Positions 28,613 through 37,958 of a stretch of DNA of 39,226 nucleotides are shown piece by piece. Under the pieces are notes generated by a model, which saw nothing but the letters and a program-made list of their open reading frames with translations, was not told the origin of the DNA and made no database searches. Both the position numbers and the translations under genes were made by a program. This DNA comes from Eubacteriales bacterium (GTDB lineage Bacteria; Bacillota; Clostridia; Oscillospirales; CAG-272): assembly GCA_045614485.1 (NCBI GenBank), contig JAZLCY010000133.1:1-39226 (forward strand), written 5' to 3'. How positions within the stretch are numbered: the stretch's first letter is position 1; each line of letters starts with the position of its first letter.

Positions 28613-30583
28613 TTATTTTATTCTGTCGAACTGCCTGTCAAGCTCGCCTTTTGTGAGCTTATATGCAATAGGCCTACCATGTGGACAAACTGTTATATCG
28701 GGAAGCAAGAGAACCTTGCCAACAAGCCACTCAATAATGGATCTGTCGTATATTCTACCACCCTTTATAGCCGCCTTACAAGCAACCTGATAAAGAGCCT
28801 TTTCTCTTCTTATATCTTCACTGAGCGAAGGATTTGATGCGCCGGATACGAGATCTGCCGCCATATCGATCAGAAGCGCCTCTGCATCCTTTACACTTAT
28901 TGCATCAGGAATGGAGTAGATATCCACCGATTTCTCATTAACCGAATACTCAAATCCAACAGCCTCAACATCAGCCTTATATTCGTTAAGAGCATTAAGC
29001 TCTTCGGGGCTGAGCAGTACGGTAATCGGAAGTATAAGCGACTGATAGGATACCCTGCCGTCATTCTTGCGGTTCTTATTTAGATCCTCGAATATGATCC
29101 TCTCATGTGCGGCATGCTTGTCAATTATAAGAAGCGAACCATCATATTCAACCATAACGTAGCAATCGAATGCCTCGCCAATGATCTTATGCTCAGGTAC
29201 TTTTTCTTCTTCAACGGGAGCAAAGGCATCAACCTTTAGAGAGCTTGATACAGTCTGTGTACTTACACTTGCCTGACCATAACGTTTAAGGAGCTCAACC
29301 GAGTCCTTGGGAGACATCTCCTGCCTTGTTGGTGCGGTAAAGAAATCGTTGTTAAGACCCTTGCCCGCTCCGCTTGAAAAGGTTACAGGACGGCTTTCAG
29401 TCGTTCTTCTCTCTGTATATGCCGGTTCGGTTCGTTCAATTCTGTGCTCAGGCTGGTAGGTGGCGCGAGGAACTGATACATGTGTAGAAATCTTTATTTG
29501 CTCTCCCTTTGTATTCTGTCCAACAGGAACGAAAGCTCCCAATGCATTTCTATCATTACCTCTTGATGCACCAAGTGTCATCTCAGGGCGCGCCTCATTA
29601 TCCTCAAGCGCATTCTTTACTGTATAATAAACCGCTTCAAATACACTTCTCTCGTCGGTAAACTTAACCTCAAGCTTTGCAGGGTGTATATTTACGTCAA
29701 CGTAAGAAGGATTGATCTCTATAAACAAAACACACGTTGGGAAACACTCGGGAGCAATATAAGAGGTATATGCCTTCTCTATCGCCGCCATCGCCGTCAT
29801 TGTTTTAACGTATCTGCCATTAATAAAGAAATTCTGCAGGTTTCTGTTCTTCCTTGCGTTATCACTTCTACCAATATAGCCATACACTTTAACGCCCGAC
29901 GCAGTACCTTCAACCTTAATTGTTTTTGTGGCAAACTCCTTGCCAAGAACTGCGTATATGGTGTTGTATAGATCGCCGTCTCCCTGTGTCTTAAAGCGCT
30001 CCTCTCCGTCAATTAAGAGCTGAATCGAGATCTCAGGATGTGAAAGAGCCACCTTTTCAACAAGGGCCGCAACGTTCATTGCCTCCGTTGCGTCCTTTTT
30101 CAAGAACTTTCGGCGAGCAGGAACGTTACCAAACAAATTCTCCACTACAACAGTTGTACCGTCTGATGCTCCAACCTCGCTTATATCAACAACCTTGCCG
30201 CCTGATGCAGTAAGCATTGTTGCGGTGGGGGCATCCTTGGTTTTACTGATAATAGTCATCTCCGAAACAGATGAGATCGCTGCAAGGGCTTCACCCCTGA
30301 ATCCGAGTGTAACAATAGAGTCAATATCCTCTTTTGTTTTGATCTTGCTCGTTGCGTGTCTTTGAAGTGCTACAGGAAGATCCTCTTTATCGATTCCGCA
30401 TCCGTTGTCAGTAACACGGATAAGCGCAACGCCGCCTCTTTTGATCTCGGCAATAATGCTTGTTGCACCGGAGTCTATAGAGTTCTCGATAAGCTCCTTC
30501 AAAACCGAAGAAGGACGTTCAACAACCTCTCCTGCTGCTATTAAGTTTGCTATTTCAAAGCTTAATACGTTTATTTTTGCCAT
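28613..30583 (-). CDS. mutL: DNA mismatch repair protein MutL
   Basis: GHKL ATPase N-terminus (IAAGEVVERPSSVLKELIENSIDSGAT, DNGCGI, GFRGEAL), a long linker, and a C-terminal dimerisation/endonuclease domain (DKHAAHERI...). Confidence 0.96.
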   Translation of the reverse strand: MAKINVLSFEIANLIAAGEVVERPSSVLKELIENSIDSGATSIIAEIKRGGVALIRVTDNGCGIDKEDLPVALQRHATSKIKTKEDIDSIVTLGFRGEALAAISSVSEMTIISKTKDAPTATMLTASGGKVVDISEVGASDGTTVVVENLFGNVPARRKFLKKDATEAMNVAALVEKVALSHPEISIQLLIDGEERFKTQGDGDLYNTIYAVLGKEFATKTIKVEGTASGVKVYGYIGRSDNARKNRNLQNFFINGRYVKTMTAMAAIEKAYTSYIAPECFPTCVLFIEINPSYVDVNIHPAKLEVKFTDERSVFEAVYYTVKNALEDNEARPEMTLGASRGNDRNALGAFVPVGQNTKGEQIKISTHVSVPRATYQPEHRIERTEPAYTERRTTESRPVTFSSGAGKGLNNDFFTAPTRQEMSPKDSVELLKRYGQASVSTQTVSSSLKVDAFAPVEEEKVPEHKIIGEAFDCYVMVEYDGSLLIIDKHAAHERIIFEDLNKNRKNDGRVSYQSLILPITVLLSPEELNALNEYKADVEAVGFEYSVNEKSVDIYSIPDAISVKDAEALLIDMAADLVSGASNPSLSEDIRREKALYQVACKAAIKGGRIYDRSIIEWLVGKVLLLPDITVCPHGRPIAYKLTKGELDRQFDRIK

Positions 30584-30619
30584 TATTACTCCAATGACCG
30601 ATTAATTGGTCTTATCAGT

Positions 30620-33247
30620 TTAGTTTAACATTTTCTTGAGTTCGAAGAGCAAATTCATTGCTTCGATAGGCGTAAGTGTGTTGATATCAACAGAACGGAT
30701 CCTATCTGCTACCTCAGTGTCCTTAGAGGAAAGGATCTGGGCGAACATATCAACCTGAGTTGTATGCACAGACTCTTTTGTACGTACAGGAACAACTGCA
30801 CCGTGCGATTCTATCTCGGCAAGTATCTCCTTAGCTCTCTTTACAACCTCCGAAGGAACACCGGCAAGCTTGGCAACCTCAATACCGTATGAGTCATCTG
30901 TACCGCCTCTTACGATCTTCCTTAAGAATATAATTGAGTCAGCGCGCTTCTTAGCCGCGATATTGTAGTTAACGATGCCTTCAAATTGCCCTTCCATATC
31001 AGTAAGCTCGTGATAGTGGGTTGCAAAAAGGGTTTTTGCACCTATCTTTTTGGAATGGGTGTATTCAACAACAGCTCTTGCGATCGACATACCGTCAAAC
31101 GTGCTTGTTCCACGGCCTACCTCATCATAAATAATGAGAGACTTTTTGGTAGCGCCCTTTAGAATAGAAGCAACCTCATTCATCTCAAGCATAAAGGTAG
31201 ACTGTCCGGAAGCAAGGTCATCAGATGCACCGACACGAGTAAATATCTTATCAACTATACCGATCTTTGCATCCTTTGCCGGAACGAACGAACCGATCTG
31301 TGCCATAAGTGTTATTATTGCCACCTGACGCATATAAGTTGATTTACCTGCCATGTTAGGACCGGTTATGATCATCATACGGTTATCGGTTGTATTGAGC
31401 TGTGTATCGTTCGGAACAAAGTAGCTGTCCGTAACGAACTTTTCAACAACGGGATGCCTACCGTCCTTTATAATTATGTCGGTAGACGTATCAACGTCGG
31501 GGCAAACGTATGAGTTCTTTCTTGCAACTTCAGCGAAGGAACGGAAAACGTCAAGCTCTGCAATAAGAGATGCAGTACGTCTGATCCTTTCGCAATTGTC
31601 AGCAATAAAGTTTCTCAGGCTTGTAAATATTTCAAATTCAAGAGCTACGAGCTTCTCGTCTGCGGAAAGGATGGTATTCTCCATTTCCTTAAGCTCTTGA
31701 GTTATATATCTTTCGCAGTTGGTAAGAGTCTGCTTGCGTATGAATCTGTCGGGCACCTGGTCAACGTAGGATTTTGAAACCTCAACATAGTAACCGAATA
31801 CCTTGTTGTAAGCCACCTTCAGAGTTTTGATGCCGGTTTCCTCGCGCTCGCGCTCCTCGATGGACTGCATTATACCTGCACCGTTTTCCTTGATCGAACG
31901 GTAATAATCAACGTCAGCATTAAAGCCCTCGCGTATCATACCGCCTTCACGCACGGTGAAAGGAGGAGTGTCAACGATTGCAGCACCGAGAAGATCGGCA
32001 ATGTCCTCAAGCGCATCAAGATTCTTATGAATCAAGCTCATAGAATTGCTTGAGAATTTGGAGATAAGACTTTTGATCTCGGGCAAATTAACAATACTCT
32101 GGTGGATCGCCTTAAGATCCTTGGCATTTGCCGTGCCATAAACAGCCTTAGCAGTAAGTCTTTCAATATCAAGTGTGTGTGAAAGAAGCTCTGCCAACTC
32201 ATTGGTTGCAATGGTATTTTTTACAAAGTCAGAAACTGCCCCCTGCCTGTTAGATATTGCGACGGGGTCAATAAGCGGCTTCAATATCCAGGTTCTCAGG
32301 AGTCGGGCACCCATAGCTGTTTTGGTTTTATCAAGAACCCAAAGAAGAGATCCTCTCTTTTCCTTGGTTCGCATTGATTCAGTAAGCTCAAGGTTGCGCC
32401 TTGTGTTAATATCGATCTCGAGGTATTGACCTCTCGAATAAACATTAATCTCCCTACCGAATGTAAGGTCGGTTTTCTGCGTTTCCTTTATGTACTGAAT
32501 TAGCGCACCTACAGCCATAAACTGCTCAGGCTCTGTAAGCTTTTCCGCTTCCTCACCAAAGGTGGCAATAACTCTGTCCTTAGCTTTTGCGTAGTCGAAG
32601 TGCGCCTTTGCACCATCAGTTATAAGTGTACCGAACTTGTTCTCGGCAAAAACGCATATATCCTTACACTGCTCCTTTGGAAGATTGATCATAAGCTCTG
32701 CAGGCTGATATGAAGCAAGCTCGTTTTCAATTCTTCTGGCACTGTCCTCCCCTGCCACGTATGTGCAGAACATCTCAGCGGTAGATACGTCAGCAAATCC
32801 GAGCGCAACACCACCCTTGCCAACGAATACAGAAGCAAGGAAATTATTCTTACCCTCCGAAAGCAACGTTCCGTCTGTTATCGTGCCGGGGGTAACAACT
32901 CTTGTTACCTCGCGCTTAACAAGTCCCTGCGCGGCCTTAGGATCTTCTGTTTGCTCACATATAGCAACCTTATATCCCCTCTCAACAAGCCTGCCGACGT
33001 AAACGTCTGCCTTATGAAAAGGAACACCACACATAGCAGCGCGCTTTCCATCTCCGCAATCTCTTGCGGTCAAGGTCAATTCAAGCTCACGGGAAGCAAT
33101 AAGCGCATCATCGAAAAAGCACTCGTAAAAGTCGCCCAGGCGATACATCAGGATAAAATCCTCATACTGCGCCTTAACTTCAAGATATTGCTTCATCATA
33201 GGTGTTGTAGTTTTTAACTCTGCAACCCTTTCAATTATTTCAGCCAT
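30620..33247 (-). CDS. mutS: DNA mismatch repair protein MutS
   Basis: TPMMKQYLEVK...YRLGDFYECF mismatch-binding domain, Walker A GPNMAGKST, and STFMLEM. Confidence 0.97.
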   Translation of the reverse strand: MAEIIERVAELKTTTPMMKQYLEVKAQYEDFILMYRLGDFYECFFDDALIASRELELTLTARDCGDGKRAAMCGVPFHKADVYVGRLVERGYKVAICEQTEDPKAAQGLVKREVTRVVTPGTITDGTLLSEGKNNFLASVFVGKGGVALGFADVSTAEMFCTYVAGEDSARRIENELASYQPAELMINLPKEQCKDICVFAENKFGTLITDGAKAHFDYAKAKDRVIATFGEEAEKLTEPEQFMAVGALIQYIKETQKTDLTFGREINVYSRGQYLEIDINTRRNLELTESMRTKEKRGSLLWVLDKTKTAMGARLLRTWILKPLIDPVAISNRQGAVSDFVKNTIATNELAELLSHTLDIERLTAKAVYGTANAKDLKAIHQSIVNLPEIKSLISKFSSNSMSLIHKNLDALEDIADLLGAAIVDTPPFTVREGGMIREGFNADVDYYRSIKENGAGIMQSIEEREREETGIKTLKVAYNKVFGYYVEVSKSYVDQVPDRFIRKQTLTNCERYITQELKEMENTILSADEKLVALEFEIFTSLRNFIADNCERIRRTASLIAELDVFRSFAEVARKNSYVCPDVDTSTDIIIKDGRHPVVEKFVTDSYFVPNDTQLNTTDNRMMIITGPNMAGKSTYMRQVAIITLMAQIGSFVPAKDAKIGIVDKIFTRVGASDDLASGQSTFMLEMNEVASILKGATKKSLIIYDEVGRGTSTFDGMSIARAVVEYTHSKKIGAKTLFATHYHELTDMEGQFEGIVNYNIAAKKRADSIIFLRKIVRGGTDDSYGIEVAKLAGVPSEVVKRAKEILAEIESHGAVVPVRTKESVHTTQVDMFAQILSSKDTEVADRIRSVDINTLTPIEAMNLLFELKKMLN

Positions 33248-33293
33248 CTGAAATACCTCTTATCAATGTCAATGATTTAAAAGTAGTTTTTTA

Positions 33294-33692
33294 TTAGTGC
33301 GAACAACCCTTACAGGTAGAGCAATCGTGTGTGCAGTCGGAGGGACGCTCACCTGTAATGCAGAACTTGATCTCAGCATTAACAGAGTCCATAAGATTAT
33401 TCATTGATCTCTGCGCCTCTGCAAAAGCAATGTAGATAGGATTTGAGGTGATGATCTTTGAAAGCTCCTCAAGGCGAGCCTTAAGATTTGCAACTGCAAT
33501 CTCGTCTATATCGCTGGTTTCCTTAGAAAATTCCTGTGCAAGAAGCACTCTTTCTGTTTCGTACTCGCTCATCTTTGCCTGAAGATCAGCATCCTTATCG
33601 AAAGCAGCCTTTGCTGCCTCAAGGTTCTTTATTTCGTCGCTTTTAGCTATCTCTTCACCAAGAAGGTGAGCTATTTCCATAATTTTAGTCAT
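33294..33692 (-). CDS. ymcA: YlbF/YmcA (RicA-like) family regulator with a Cys-rich C-terminal tail
   Basis: Helical Com_YlbF-type sequence (…IKNLEAAKAAFDKDADLQAKMSEYE…). Lies between miaB and mutS, exactly where ymcA sits in B. subtilis (ymcB/miaB-ymcA-cotE-mutS-mutL). Tail: C111-x8-C-x3-C-x2-C-x2-C-SH. Confidence 0.75.
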   Translation of the reverse strand: MTKIMEIAHLLGEEIAKSDEIKNLEAAKAAFDKDADLQAKMSEYETERVLLAQEFSKETSDIDEIAVANLKARLEELSKIITSNPIYIAFAEAQRSMNNLMDSVNAEIKFCITGERPSDCTHDCSTCKGCSH

Positions 33693-33704
33693 TTTATTAT
33701 CCTC

Positions 33705-35093
33705 TCAATTTTCAAGCTCGGCGAACAGATCGAATGCGCCGATCTTAGTTATTCTTACGTTTGTAAATTCTCCAATCAGATTTCTGTCGGATTCAAAGTG
33801 AACAAGCTTGTTGGTCAGAGTTCTGGCACTGTAAATATTGCGCCCGCTTGACGTATCAAGCGAATCTACAATAACGCGCTCTACCCTACCAAGATACTTA
33901 TCATTGATTTCCTTGGATATAACGGTCTGAACGTTCAAAAGCTCGGTCATACGCGTCTTTTTATCGTTGTCAGATACCTGATTTTCCATCTTTGCAGCAC
34001 GAGTGCCCTCGCGCTTCGAATAGTTGAAGGAAAATACCATATCAAATCTGACCTTTTTAAGTATTTCCATCGTGCCCCGAAAATCTTCATCGGTTTCGCC
34101 GGGGAATCCGACTATTATATCGGTAGAAAGAGCTACGTCCGGAACAACCTTTCTGATCTTCTCAACTATAGATAAGTATCTTTTTGTATCGTATGTTCTA
34201 TTCATTTCTTTAAGGATAGTATCGCTTCCGGCCTGAAGAGGAAGGTGGAATGCGGGAGCAATCTTGCCCGTATATTTTCCAAAGACCTCAATAAGCTCAT
34301 CGGATGCATCCTTGGGATGGCTCGTCATGAACCTGAGAACAAAATCCCCCTCGATCAATGCAATCTTCTCAAGAAGCTTTGCAAAGGAAAGATCGGATTT
34401 GTATGAGTTAACGTTCTGACCAAGAAGGGTTATCTCCTTGTATCCTTTTGCCACAAGCTCGCGGCACTCAGCAATTATGTCCTCACTCTTCCTGCTTCTT
34501 TCACGTCCTCTCACGTAAGGAACAATGCAGTAGGAACAGAAATTATTGCATCCGTACATTATTGAAACCCAGGCCTTATGTCCGGATGTTCTTACGTTGT
34601 CTATTCCCTCAACGATCTCCGTTGCACCCGTGCCGTATACAAACGAACGGCGCTTTTTGGTAAGCGATGTATGAACAAGCTCCGGAATCTTATGGAGCAT
34701 AGAAGGTTCAAGCGTGAACGTTACGTGGTGATAGCTTTTTTTAATTGTTTCAGCCATATGGGGCTCTGCCGCCATACATCCGCACACACCGACGATAAGC
34801 CAAGGCTTCTCTGTCCTGTATGCCTTAAAGTTGCCGACTATCGAGAGAGCCTTCAATTCTGCGTGCCTTCTGACCGCGCAGGTATTAACAACAATAAAAT
34901 CAGCCTCTTCGGGATTATCTGTAATTCCGTATCCCATCATAACGGCAAGCGCACGTATCTTCTCGCTGTCTGCCTCGTTCTGCTGGCAGCCGAGAGTTAT
35001 AACGCAGGCTAATCTCTTCTGTCCTTCGAGAATAGCTCTTACACCGTCGATGTACACGTCGTTGTAAAGTTTATTTTCTATCATACTTTTCAT
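33705..35093 (-). CDS. miaB: tRNA-2-methylthio-N6-dimethylallyladenosine synthase (radical SAM methylthiotransferase)
   Basis: UPF0004 N-domain Cys triad (TLGCQQNEADSE, NTCAV, GVCGC), radical SAM CNNFCSYC, and a C-terminal TRAM domain. The ATG shares 1 nt with the dxs stop (TAATG). Confidence 0.92.
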   Translation of the reverse strand: MKSMIENKLYNDVYIDGVRAILEGQKRLACVITLGCQQNEADSEKIRALAVMMGYGITDNPEEADFIVVNTCAVRRHAELKALSIVGNFKAYRTEKPWLIVGVCGCMAAEPHMAETIKKSYHHVTFTLEPSMLHKIPELVHTSLTKKRRSFVYGTGATEIVEGIDNVRTSGHKAWVSIMYGCNNFCSYCIVPYVRGRERSRKSEDIIAECRELVAKGYKEITLLGQNVNSYKSDLSFAKLLEKIALIEGDFVLRFMTSHPKDASDELIEVFGKYTGKIAPAFHLPLQAGSDTILKEMNRTYDTKRYLSIVEKIRKVVPDVALSTDIIVGFPGETDEDFRGTMEILKKVRFDMVFSFNYSKREGTRAAKMENQVSDNDKKTRMTELLNVQTVISKEINDKYLGRVERVIVDSLDTSSGRNIYSARTLTNKLVHFESDRNLIGEFTNVRITKIGAFDLFAELEN

Positions 35094-36961
35094 TAACCGT
35101 TTATCATTTTTTCAGCAAGCTGATCTGCCGAAAGACCTACGTAATCATAAAGATCACATTTTTCATCCGGGGATGCAAAATTATCGTCTATTGCAGAAAT
35201 GATATACTTGCATTTACCAAAATCAAATCCTGAAAGCTCAAGAGCATCGCGTAAAAGCATAGCTGCGCCGCCATATTTAATGCCTTCTTCGGCAAAAACT
35301 ACGCGCTTTGCTCCGGATAAGTACGGCAAGATCTGCACTGCAAGCTTATCATAAGGCTTAAGTCTTTCAAGAAGAACTACACCAACCTTAGCATTAAGGC
35401 TTGCTTCTACCTTATCCTTAGCTTCAAGAACGCGCTTTGCAAGAGTACCGTACGTAATATAGACAAGCTCCGGGCTTTCGTTTTTATCATAATTTGCTCT
35501 TATTTTAACTTCTTGGCCGCTACCGTTGCCATAGAACTCATCAACAACTCGCTTACTCTGCATCGAGTTAGGATATCTTACCGCAACCGGCGCGTCAGTG
35601 CTATATGCATAATCTATCGCATTCACAAGTGCGCTATACGTAGCAGGAGAAAGGATCTCAACTCCGGGAATGTGTGAAAGGAACGACACGTCAAAAATTC
35701 CGTGATGAGTAGCTCCGTCACCAACGGCGAGCCCTGCCCTGTCAATCATAAGTTTTACAGGGAGAGATTGAAGCGCTATATCGTGAAGCACACTGTCATA
35801 TCCCCTTTGCATAAAGGTTGAATATATCGCTGTGAACGGCTTAAGTCCGTTGGCATTAAGTCCCGCGGCAAAAGTCAGGGCATGTCCTTCGGCAATTCCA
35901 ACGTCAAAATATCTTTTGGGGAATTTCTTCTCAAACTTATCAAGACCTGTGCCAATACCCATCGCGGCAGTTATTGCAACAACCTTCTCGTCCTTTTCTG
36001 CAATATCAATGAGCTTATCTGCAAAAACGGTATGGAAGCTGTCGGGGAACTCACCCTTTGAATAAACACTGTGGAAGTTATCCGGCGACTGTTCAGCAGG
36101 TTCATATCCCTTACCCTTGACCGTTTTGATATGAACGATAACACTCTGGTTAAGCGATTTAGCTTTTTTAAGCGCTTTCTCAACCTTTTTGTAATTATTA
36201 CCGTCAATAGGGCCCATATAATAAAGACCAAGGTCTTCAAAATAATTCGACGAGAAAAATGCCTTTTTAAAGAGGTTCTTAGCAGTTTTCAAAAGGCAGT
36301 TGATAGGCTTACCAACAACCGGGATCTTTTCTAAAAGCGACTTTGTTCCCTTTTTCCACTGCCTGTAATTCTTAGAAATTCGAACGCCGGAAAGGTATCT
36401 TGCAAAGCTTCCCTTATTCATCGATATCGACATACCGTTCTCATTAAGAATTATAACAAGGCGTAGATCGGGATTACAGTTATTAAGTGCCTCGTGCACC
36501 ATACCGCCGGTATATGCACCGTCTCCGACAACCGCAACAGTGTAATTATCAGAACCGGCAAGTCTGTCCGCCTCTGCAAATCCAAGCGCCGCAGAAACCG
36601 ATGTTGAACTATGGCCGGCACCAAAGGCATCGTGCTCGCTCTCTGACATCTTGGTAAAACCGGAAAGTCCGCCGGTGGTTCTGAGTGTATCGAACCTATC
36701 GCGCCTGCCGGTCAAGATCTTATGAACGTAAGACTGATGTCCAACGTCGAAAATAATATGATCCTTAGGAGAATCAAAAACTCGATGAATAGCTACGGTC
36801 ATTTCGGTTGCGCCAAGATTTGATGCAAGGTGGCCGCCTGTTTTAGGCACGTTATTAAGCAAAAACTCTCTGATCTCTGTACAGAGCTGATGTGCCTCTT
36901 TTTCGCTCAGCCCCTTAATGTCCTCAGGAGAATTAACTCTGTCTAAAAGGTTCTTTTCCAT
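35093..36961 (-). CDS. dxs: 1-deoxy-D-xylulose-5-phosphate synthase
   Basis: LLDRVNSPEDIKGLS..., GGHLASNLGATE, FDVGHQSYVHKILTGR, and ThDP motif VGDGAYTGGMVHEALNN. AAAGGAGAA SD 7 nt upstream, inside the araC 3' end. Confidence 0.96.
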   Translation of the reverse strand: MEKNLLDRVNSPEDIKGLSEKEAHQLCTEIREFLLNNVPKTGGHLASNLGATEMTVAIHRVFDSPKDHIIFDVGHQSYVHKILTGRRDRFDTLRTTGGLSGFTKMSESEHDAFGAGHSSTSVSAALGFAEADRLAGSDNYTVAVVGDGAYTGGMVHEALNNCNPDLRLVIILNENGMSISMNKGSFARYLSGVRISKNYRQWKKGTKSLLEKIPVVGKPINCLLKTAKNLFKKAFFSSNYFEDLGLYYMGPIDGNNYKKVEKALKKAKSLNQSVIVHIKTVKGKGYEPAEQSPDNFHSVYSKGEFPDSFHTVFADKLIDIAEKDEKVVAITAAMGIGTGLDKFEKKFPKRYFDVGIAEGHALTFAAGLNANGLKPFTAIYSTFMQRGYDSVLHDIALQSLPVKLMIDRAGLAVGDGATHHGIFDVSFLSHIPGVEILSPATYSALVNAIDYAYSTDAPVAVRYPNSMQSKRVVDEFYGNGSGQEVKIRANYDKNESPELVYITYGTLAKRVLEAKDKVEASLNAKVGVVLLERLKPYDKLAVQILPYLSGAKRVVFAEEGIKYGGAAMLLRDALELSGFDFGKCKYIISAIDDNFASPDEKCDLYDYVGLSADQLAEKMING

Positions 36962-37781
36962 TATTCAATTCTCCTTTCTTTTTTTCTTGGACTGTTGGTG
37001 CGTGCCCAACTATCTTCACATATGCTCTGTAAAATGAAGAATAATCGCCAAAACCTACCCTGTATGCCGCAACAGAGGCAGTTTCGCCCGACTCAATGAG
37101 CTGCTTTGCATACATAACACGCTTTTGGTTTATATAACCGTGTATCGAAATACCATTGTGCTTTTTAAATGCACGGCAAAGATAAAACTTACTTACAAAG
37201 AAACGTTTTGCAAGCTTATCAAGAGGAATATCCCTATCCATATTTTCGTTAAGATATCTTATTACTCTTGCTCCTATCTCGCCCTCGTCAGGCAAAAGAT
37301 TTGTTTTTTGCGCAACCGAAAGAAGAACAAGAAGCTCCGAAAGAACGAGAGAAGAAAGCATGCCGCCAACGTCAGCCGACATCTCTGCTATTGCATCCAG
37401 TCTATCAAAGGTTGCTACAATAGAGTTGGATATTGATTCCGGCGTGTAAAAAACACATCCTTGTGTGCCTTCGGTTATCTCCTTAAGTGCCCTGTGCACC
37501 GATTCAACAACGGCACTGTCCTTAAAATGAATAACGCATCTTTCATATGAAACACCGGAATTGATCGAAACAGAATGATATGCAAACGGAGATATCAGCA
37601 TCAGAGTTCTTGGCATCAAGGGATATTCAACACCCTCAACAACGTACTTTCCGTCGCCGTTATGAACGTAGAGAATTTCATATCTATCGTGGCAATGGCT
37701 GAATCCAAGGCCTTCAACGGTACTATCGTTTTTATTAGTCATATATGCTATGCCGTCATATTCAACGTTTATAATTTTCAA
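36933..37781 (-). CDS. AraC/XylS family transcriptional regulator (cupin sensor + HTH)
   Basis: N-terminal cupin (HCHDRYEILYVHNGDGKYVVEG) and C-terminal double HTH (LDKLAKRFFVSKFYLCRAFKK..., VAAYRVGFGDYSSFYRAYVK). Start moved to TTG 37781 (MKIINVEYDG...), which has AAGGAGGG 7 nt upstream. The track's TTG at 37877 adds 32 residues and has no SD. Confidence 0.85.
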   Translation of the reverse strand: MKIINVEYDGIAYMTNKNDSTVEGLGFSHCHDRYEILYVHNGDGKYVVEGVEYPLMPRTLMLISPFAYHSVSINSGVSYERCVIHFKDSAVVESVHRALKEITEGTQGCVFYTPESISNSIVATFDRLDAIAEMSADVGGMLSSLVLSELLVLLSVAQKTNLLPDEGEIGARVIRYLNENMDRDIPLDKLAKRFFVSKFYLCRAFKKHNGISIHGYINQKRVMYAKQLIESGETASVAAYRVGFGDYSSFYRAYVKIVGHAPTVQEKKKGELNNGKEPFRQS

Positions 37782-37897
37782 GCCTTGTCCCTCCTTACCG
37801 CAATTTGTGCATAAATGTACATTATACATTCTATCACAAGCGAGCAAGATTTGCAATAGTTTTTGCAAGTATGCCAATATTTTTTTAATAATATATC

Positions 37898-37926
37898 TTG
37901 CATACGCGAGGCGGTTATGCTAAAAT
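37898..37926 (+). promoter_or_regulatory. Candidate sigma-A promoter for the sugar isomerase/epimerase genes
   Basis: TTGCAT (37898..37903), a 17-nt spacer, then TAAAAT (37921..37926), about 30 nt upstream of AAAGGAG and ATG 37959. Confidence 0.45.
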
Positions 37927-37958
37927 TGAATTAAATAATGTAAAAAAGGAGCAAGATT

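Noticed and set aside
33294-35093. A Cys-rich C-terminus next to a radical SAM gene, considered as a RiPP (SCIFF/ranthipeptide-like) precursor-maturase pair.
   Set aside because: The radical SAM gene has the full MiaB architecture (UPF0004 Cys triad, rSAM core, TRAM). The 132-aa protein is a folded YlbF/YmcA-type helical protein in the conserved miaB-ymcA-mutS-mutL position, not a short leader-core peptide.
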